Assembly: GCA_019429125.1 (NCBI GenBank)
Contig: JAHYJO010000024.1
Span: 1-13,511, forward strand
DNA from: Nanobdellati archaeon
GTDB taxonomy: Archaea; EX4484-52; GLR71
DNA: 13,511 nt
Direction: 5' to 3'
Of this stretch, positions 8,119 through 13,511 are shown piece after piece. Position 1 is the first letter of the stretch. Each line of letters opens with the position of its first letter. Position numbers and translations under genes: made by a program. The notes beneath the pieces were generated by a model. The model had not been told where the DNA came from. It did not search any database and saw nothing but the letters and a program-made list of their open reading frames with translations.

Positions 8119-8976
8119 TTAAGCTTTACCTGCGCTTCCAAACAGTTCTATCTTTCTTTTTACTACATCTTCTGCTGCTGTTCTTGCAGGGTCAAGGTAT
8201 GCGCGAATTTTGTAAGTATCTGGTTTTCTTGCAAATGTATTTTTGATTGATGCGCTGAAAGCTTGCCTAATGTCTGTGTTTATGTTTATCTTGTTGATGC
8301 CAGCCTCTACTGCTCTTTTTATGTCTTGGTCTGGGACACCCGATGCGCCGTGCATGACAAGTGGCATCTTAAGTAGCGCTTTTATTTCTTCAATTAGGTC
8401 AAATGCTAGTTTTGGCTTGTTCTTGAAAGGACCGTGAGCTGTGCCAATAGCTATTGCTAAAGCATCAACTTTTGTCTCTTTGACAAATCGTTTTGCTTCC
8501 TCTGGGTTGGTTAGGAACATGCTTGCGTCGGCAGTTGACATTATGAAGTCAGATATGATTCCTAGCTTTCCAAGTTCAGCCTCAACTGATACTTTTGATA
8601 GTTTTGCAAGGTCTACTACTTTTTTTGTCAAGGTTATATTCTCTTCTAATTTGAGTGCTGAGCCGTCAATCATGACTGATGTGTAACCTGCTTTTATGCA
8701 GTCTTTTGTCATCTCGACTGTGCTACCGTGGTCAAGATGGAGCGCTATCGGGATATTTTCGTTCTTTGCGGCTGAGGTGACCATGGCTGTGATGTAATCT
8801 AGACTCATATACTTTATTGTACTTTCGCTTGATTGTACTATTACTGGAGAATTGAGCTCTCGAGCTGCAGAGATTACCGCCTGCAAAGTTTCCATGTTGG
8901 TGAAATTGAATGCACCTACGGCGTAGTTTTCTTTGTCAGCTTTTGAAAGAATCTTTTTTGTAGTTACAAGTGGCAT
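8119..8976 (-). CDS. fba: Class II fructose-1,6-bisphosphate aldolase (metal-dependent)
   Basis: YAVGAFN, SPVIVQ, ALHLDHG, GYTSVMIDGS, VEAELG, DALAIAIGTAHG, PLVMHGASG and KININTD motifs. GTGATA lies 2 nt before the ATG. Confidence 0.95.
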   Translation of the reverse strand: MPLVTTKKILSKADKENYAVGAFNFTNMETLQAVISAARELNSPVIVQSSESTIKYMSLDYITAMVTSAAKNENIPIALHLDHGSTVEMTKDCIKAGYTSVMIDGSALKLEENITLTKKVVDLAKLSKVSVEAELGKLGIISDFIMSTADASMFLTNPEEAKRFVKETKVDALAIAIGTAHGPFKNKPKLAFDLIEEIKALLKMPLVMHGASGVPDQDIKRAVEAGINKININTDIRQAFSASIKNTFARKPDTYKIRAYLDPARTAAEDVVKRKIELFGSAGKA

Positions 8977-9006
8977 AGTATCACAATCATTAATTTGATT
9001 GTTGGT

Positions 9007-9018
9007 GTTTATATGCTT
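9007..9018 (-). promoter_or_regulatory. Putative TATA box for fba
   Basis: Minus strand reads AAGCATATAAAC about 31-42 nt upstream of the fba ATG. Confidence 0.45.
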
Positions 9019-9067
9019 AATTTAGGTTTAGGGTTGTTGGCGTTTTTTATTTTTGTATATTTATTAT

Positions 9068-9235
9068 GGCACGGTCCATTTTTTTGAGTGATTTCAAACA
9101 AAATGTAGTTAATTAAATACCTTCATTTCTTTTGTAATTCAACGTGAAATGTGTATATTAAATAGATCTCCGCAGGAGTTTATAAACAAACAATATTTAA
9201 AAAATATTCAAAATCACTCACTTTTTGGACAGGCC
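9068..9235. mobile_element. MITE-like element C (168 bp), 8-bp TSD TTTATTAT, IS1595-like GGC termini
   Basis: Left end GGCACGGTCCATTTTTTTGAGTGATTT versus right-end reverse complement GGCCTGTCCAAAAAGTGAGTGATTT: shared GGC, GTCCA and a perfect 10-bp TGAGTGATTT. TTTATTAT directly flanks both ends (9060-9067, 9236-9243). Only one copy is in the window. Confidence 0.75.
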
Positions 9236-9309
9236 TTTATTATAAAATCTATATATATGGAATTCAACTAAAATAGAATAGTAATTTCATATATTATATA
9301 GTGGTTAAT

Positions 9310-11652
9310 ATGTCAGAAGATAAATATGTTTTGTGGTTTAAACAGATTGGAAAAGAAGATACAGCTCGTGTCGGTGGTAAATCTGCAAATTTAGGTGAAA
9401 TGGTCAACAAGGTTAATGTGCCTGTTCCTCCTGGTTTCGCGACAACTTCAGAGGCATATCAGCATTTCTTGGAATATAACAAGCTTAAGGATCTTATTAA
9501 AGATACACTTACAGGTCTTGATACTCATGACATGCGCGCACTTTCTGCGGCAGGAATTAAGGTCAGGACAGCTATACAGAAGGCAAATATGCCAGCAGAC
9601 CTTGAACATAAGATGCTTGACGCCTATAAAAAGCTTGGTGTCATGATATCGCAGCTTAATCCTCTTGTGGCAATAAGGTCGTCTGCAACTGCTGAGGATC
9701 TTCCAGGTGCAAGTTTTGCTGGACAGCAGGATACTTACCTTAATGTCTCTGGTGAGAAAGACATAATACAGAAAGTTAAGGACTGCTATGCTTCTCTTTT
9801 TACTAACCGTGCGATATCGTATCGTGTGGATAAAGGGTTTAGCCATTTTGATGTAAGCCTTTCTGTCGTTTTTCAGAAGATGGTAAAAAGTGATACTGCA
9901 GTATCTGGTGTCATATTTACTCTTGACCCTGATTCGGGCTTTGATAATGTGATTACAATAACGGGTTCATATGGTCTTGGAGAATATGTAGTTCAAGGTA
10001 TTGTGACTCCTGATGAATTTATCGTGTTCAAGCCTAAGATGACAATTATTGAGAAAAAGATGGGCACTAAAAAAGTTAAGCTTGTCAGATCAAAGAATGG
10101 CAATGTCGAAAAGAAAATATCTAAGGAAGATTCAGAACGTTTCTGCATAACTGACGAAAATGTTTCTGAGCTTGCTAAGTATGCGATGGCTATTGAAAAG
10201 CATTATGGGTGTCCGATGGATATTGAATGGGCACTTGATGGTGATACTAAGAAGATTTATATTGTTCAGGCAAGACCTGAGACTGTGCATGCTACAACTG
10301 ATTCTAATAAATTGTTAAAATATGTACTTGAAGGTGAAGGCAAGAAGCTGTTTACAGGTCTTGCTATAGGCAGGAAGATAGGTACTGGTAAAGTCAATAT
10401 AATAAAAGATGCAGGTGAGATACACAAGTTCAAAAAAGGTGATGTCCTTGTCACTAAGATGACTGATCCTGATTGGGAACCTATAATGAAGATTGCTTCA
10501 GCTATCATAACTGATGAGGGTGGCAGGACTTCTCATGCGGCAATTGTCTCAAGAGAGATGGGTGTTCCGTGTGTTGTGGGTTCTGAGGTCGCAACTAAAA
10601 TATTGAAAACTGGAAATATTGTGACTGTTGACTGCTCGGCAGGTGAAGGCGATGTTTATGAGGGTGAGCTTAAGTACAGGATAGATGAGAAAGATCTTAA
10701 GACAATACCTAAAACTAAAATTGATGTAATGATAAATCTTGGAGAACCTAGCCAGGCATTCTCTTTGTCTAAGTTGCCGGTTGCAGGTGTGGGTCTTGCG
10801 CGTGAGGAATTTATCATTTTGAGCGAAGTAAAGGCGCATCCTATGAAACTTATAGCTGATGGTAAGAGTGAACTTTATACAAATGCTCTTACGACCGGAA
10901 TTGGTAAAATTTGCGCAGCATTTTATCCAAGACCTGTAATTGTGCGTCTGAGTGATTTCAAGACTGATGAATATGCAACACTTGAGGGTGGCGCTAAGTA
11001 TGAGCCTAAAGAAGATAATCCAATGATTGGTTGGAGAGGTTCATCAAGGTATTACGACAAGGATTTCTTGCCTGCATTCAAGCTTGAGTGTGAAGCTTTG
11101 CGCAGAGTACGTTATGAGATGAATCTTGATAATCTTATCATTATGGTACCTTTCTGTAGGACTATTGAGGAAGCAAAGAAAGTGAAGGTTCACCTAAGTA
11201 ATTACGGTCTTGACCAGAAGAAAGGTCTTAAGATATTTGTAATGGCTGAGATTCCATCAAACATTATACTTGCAGACAAGTTTGCTGATGAGTTTGACGG
11301 TTTCAGCATAGGTACAAATGATCTTACGCAATTGACTTTAGGTATTGATAGGAATTCTGAAAAGATGAGCTATCTTTACGATGAGCGAAATGAAGCGGTC
11401 GAGAGAAGTGTGGCATCTCTTATAACTGATGCACACAAGCATAGTCCGCGCAGGAAAGTGGGTCTTTGCGGGCAGGCACCGTCTGATTATCCTGACTTTG
11501 CCAAGTTCTTGGTCGAGTGCGGTATAGATTCTATATCTGTCAATCCTGATGTTGCTCTTGATACGATACTACTGGTTGATAAGATGGAGAATAAATTGAA
11601 TTCGTCTAAACATGTATTACATAAAGTCCGGTCAAAATTATTTAAGAATTAA
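9310..11652 (+). CDS. ppsA: Phosphoenolpyruvate synthase (pyruvate, water dikinase); ATG 9310 preferred over GTG 9301
   Basis: VGGKSANLGEM, VPVPPGF, RSSATAEDLPGASFAGQQDTYLN, DIEWA, QARPETV, GGRTSHAAIVSRE (phospho-His), RLSDFK, NPMIGWRG, FSIGTNDLTQL and CGQAPSD motifs. Confidence 0.97.
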   Translation: MSEDKYVLWFKQIGKEDTARVGGKSANLGEMVNKVNVPVPPGFATTSEAYQHFLEYNKLKDLIKDTLTGLDTHDMRALSAAGIKVRTAIQKANMPADLEHKMLDAYKKLGVMISQLNPLVAIRSSATAEDLPGASFAGQQDTYLNVSGEKDIIQKVKDCYASLFTNRAISYRVDKGFSHFDVSLSVVFQKMVKSDTAVSGVIFTLDPDSGFDNVITITGSYGLGEYVVQGIVTPDEFIVFKPKMTIIEKKMGTKKVKLVRSKNGNVEKKISKEDSERFCITDENVSELAKYAMAIEKHYGCPMDIEWALDGDTKKIYIVQARPETVHATTDSNKLLKYVLEGEGKKLFTGLAIGRKIGTGKVNIIKDAGEIHKFKKGDVLVTKMTDPDWEPIMKIASAIITDEGGRTSHAAIVSREMGVPCVVGSEVATKILKTGNIVTVDCSAGEGDVYEGELKYRIDEKDLKTIPKTKIDVMINLGEPSQAFSLSKLPVAGVGLAREEFIILSEVKAHPMKLIADGKSELYTNALTTGIGKICAAFYPRPVIVRLSDFKTDEYATLEGGAKYEPKEDNPMIGWRGSSRYYDKDFLPAFKLECEALRRVRYEMNLDNLIIMVPFCRTIEEAKKVKVHLSNYGLDQKKGLKIFVMAEIPSNIILADKFADEFDGFSIGTNDLTQLTLGIDRNSEKMSYLYDERNEAVERSVASLITDAHKHSPRRKVGLCGQAPSDYPDFAKFLVECGIDSISVNPDVALDTILLVDKMENKLNSSKHVLHKVRSKLFKN

Positions 11653-11674
11653 GGGGTGTTGCTCCTTTTTTTTT
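11651..11674 (+). terminator. Putative ppsA terminator
   Basis: AAGGGG-TGTTG-CTCCTT hairpin (one G-U pair) running into a 9-T tract immediately after the stop codon. Confidence 0.6.
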
Positions 11675-11704
11675 ATTTTTTAAATATTATTTCAGTTTCA
11701 AAAG

Positions 11705-11713
11705 TTTTATAAA
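11705..11713 (+). promoter_or_regulatory. Putative TATA box for the ORFan (near-leaderless transcript)
   Basis: AAAAG-TTTTATAAA about 23-31 nt upstream of ATG 11736. Confidence 0.5.
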
Positions 11714-11735
11714 GTTAATTGTTTTAGGTTTGTTT

Positions 11736-12176
11736 ATGGTTAGTAGTTATAATGTTAATGTAGATGAGTATGTTAAAGAAGTGGGATATCGTCTTGAAGT
11801 TGTAGCTTTATTGGTTGGTAAGATGGGTAGGGATAAAGAAAAATACCAATATGATGATTTTTTGACACAATCTACTTTTAATCAGGTTGATTTTTTAAAG
11901 GGTAAAAGTTTGGGTGATGAAATACCTGTATCTGAATATTCTGATGCTGTAAATTTGTACCATGATACTCTTGAAAGTATTTTGGTAGATTTAGAAAGTG
12001 ATAAAAAACAATTAAAATGTATTTCAATTGATAAATATCAGCATATTAAATTATTACTTGATAGTCTTGTCGGTGGAATTAAACATAAGTCTGTATCGGA
12101 TGTTCCACATCTTTTGAGGTATATGTATGATGTTGTTAATAAAAAACCAAAAGATAATTATTTTAAGAATTTGTAA
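11736..12176 (+). CDS. Hypothetical protein (~146 aa, probably helical and cytoplasmic)
   Basis: The ORF fills the ppsA-traB gap, has T-ending codon bias like the surface genes and has a TATA box at a suitable distance. No recognisable motif. ATG 11736 is preferred over TTG 11730. Confidence 0.7.
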   Translation: MVSSYNVNVDEYVKEVGYRLEVVALLVGKMGRDKEKYQYDDFLTQSTFNQVDFLKGKSLGDEIPVSEYSDAVNLYHDTLESILVDLESDKKQLKCISIDKYQHIKLLLDSLVGGIKHKSVSDVPHLLRYMYDVVNKKPKDNYFKNL

Positions 12177-12191
12177 TTTTGGTTTATTATT

Positions 12192-13346
12192 TTAAAGCAG
12201 ACTTGCCAGGTATGGTAAGGCAATAAATGTGCCTATTGTGCTTCCTAGGTTTGAGAACACTACAATTAATAAAATTCTTGTAACTCGGTTTTTCCAGAAG
12301 CCTGTGATGCCGTCTATTTTTGATAAGGATTCAAAGTCTTTTACTCGTGGTTCTTTTATTTTTGCTTCTGAAAGGCCTGCAAACCATCCCGCTGCAAGCA
12401 TAGGGTTGAGTGATGTTAATGGTGCAGCAATAAATGCGATTAGTATTGTTATCGGGTTTGCAAGGGCGATTGCTGCGCCAAGCGCTGATAATGTGCCGTT
12501 TATAATCATCCATTTGTAGAGCATGTATAGTGTAACTTCGGTGCCGTGACCCATGAAGCCGTATATTATGAGTGCTGTGAATATTAATGGTATGGACCAG
12601 CCAATGTATCTTGTGATGCTTTTATTTTCTGGTATATCTTCGAGTGTCTTTAGGTCTGTTGTATTTTTTAGGTTCCTTTTGATTCCTGGGACATGACCTG
12701 CACCGACTATTACTACTATCTTTTTCCCTTTTGTGTCTTTTATCTTTTGAGCAAGGTATGTGTCTCTTTCGTCAATCAGTACTTTTTTTATGTTGGGTAT
12801 GTACTCTCCTAACTCTTTGAGCATTTCAGATAGCATGTTTTCTTTTTTCAGCTGTTCAATCTTTTTTTCGTCAATCTTTTCGTTTTCAAAAAACATGCCT
12901 TCAAAAAGTATGAACATAAGCTTGAATTTTTCTATGAGTCCCATCATTTTCCAAGCACGATTTAGCGTTATCTGTATGTCACGATCTATAAGGCTTATTT
13001 TTATCTTTTCTTTTTTTGCAGTTTTGACTGCTTCAATCATTTCGCTTCCTGGCTGGACTTTGACGTTTTCACCCATCTTTTTTTCAAAATTGGAGAGAAG
13101 GAGGTTTGAGAGAAATAAGTAGGCTTTCTTGTCTTTTATCAGGTCTGTAATCTTTGTGTTTTCCCATTTCTTTTTCTTTGTCATCGCATCGTACCGTGAC
13201 TGACATAGCTCAACACAGACTGTATCTGGCTTTTCTTTTTCTATTGTGGATTTTACAAGGTCAGCGCTTTTTTTTGATATGTGCGCTGTCCCTACAAGAA
13301 TTATCTCTTTTTTATCAATTATAATCTTGTCTATGTTTTTTTGCAT
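12192..13346 (-). CDS. traB: TraB/GumN-family (pheromone shutdown-like) membrane protein; start ATG 13346
   Basis: IILVGTAHIS, KPDTVCVELCQSR, PGSEM, LIDRDIQITL, LIDERD, VVIVGAGHVPGI, APLTSLNP.LAAGWFAGL.EA and NLGSTIGT motifs with C-terminal TM helices. The ORF-track extension to 13406 runs into MITE B and is rejected. Confidence 0.92.
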   Translation of the reverse strand: MQKNIDKIIIDKKEIILVGTAHISKKSADLVKSTIEKEKPDTVCVELCQSRYDAMTKKKKWENTKITDLIKDKKAYLFLSNLLLSNFEKKMGENVKVQPGSEMIEAVKTAKKEKIKISLIDRDIQITLNRAWKMMGLIEKFKLMFILFEGMFFENEKIDEKKIEQLKKENMLSEMLKELGEYIPNIKKVLIDERDTYLAQKIKDTKGKKIVVIVGAGHVPGIKRNLKNTTDLKTLEDIPENKSITRYIGWSIPLIFTALIIYGFMGHGTEVTLYMLYKWMIINGTLSALGAAIALANPITILIAFIAAPLTSLNPMLAAGWFAGLSEAKIKEPRVKDFESLSKIDGITGFWKNRVTRILLIVVFSNLGSTIGTFIALPYLASLL

Positions 13347-13379
13347 AAAGAATATGTGAGAGATAAATATAAAAATATG

Positions 13380-13511
13380 GTACTTGTTTAGCAAAAAAAT
13401 AATCAATATGCTCCGGCCGTTATGGTGTGATTCTCAATAAGTTATAATTGTTACAAAATAAATAGCTAACGCTTAAAAATGTGTTGTTAAAAAATCTTAA
13501 AAATTATTTAA
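13380..13511. mobile_element. MITE B copy 2 (left 132 bp, truncated by the window end)
   Basis: 130/132 identical to 7643-7774 (differences at 13460 and 13487). Homology starts exactly at the TIR GTACTTGTTTAGC. Confidence 0.92.

Noticed and set aside
8979-8995. TGM-type TrmB operator starting at TATCAC
   Set aside because: The second half-site (GTGATA after N5) is missing; on the minus strand this is simply the fba ribosome-binding-like motif.
1003-13122. Short overlapping ORFs in the track (e.g. 1003..1224, 4340..4665, 5018..5674, 5833..6582, 8243..8686, 9395..10839, 12229..13122)
   Set aside because: All are antisense or off-frame shadows inside well-supported genes and show no protein motifs.
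13347-13406. N-terminal extension of TraB (MIIFLLNKYHIFIFISHIFF)
   Set aside because: It starts inside MITE B and crosses the promoter; TraB-like sequence begins after ATG 13346.

Overview
Low-GC archaeal DNA, inferred from Elp3, TrmB, TraB and TATA-box/GTGAT-type signals; the surface-protein motifs suggest a DPANN lineage. Bases 1-4807 hold a surface-protein cluster: the 3' end of one gene, a secreted Gly-rich repeat protein whose last ~106 aa are almost identical to that upstream gene's C-terminus, and a Cys-rich, membrane-anchored multidomain protein. Core genes follow: a TrmB-family regulator, elp3, a class II fructose-bisphosphate aldolase divergent from ppsA, an ORFan and a TraB-family protein. 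The main unannotated signal is in the intergenic DNA, which carries three different non-autonomous, MITE-like elements, each with terminal inverted repeats (TIRs) and target-site duplications (TSDs). (A) A 696-bp element (7422-8117, TSD CTTAAG) sits exactly on the overlapping stop codons of elp3 and fba. (B) A 259-bp element (7643-7901, TSD AATTTTTT) is nested inside A, with a second copy at 13380 to the window end. (C) A 168-bp element (9068-9235, TSD TTTATTAT) lies between the fba and ppsA promoters. No transposase, CRISPR array or RNA gene is evident.
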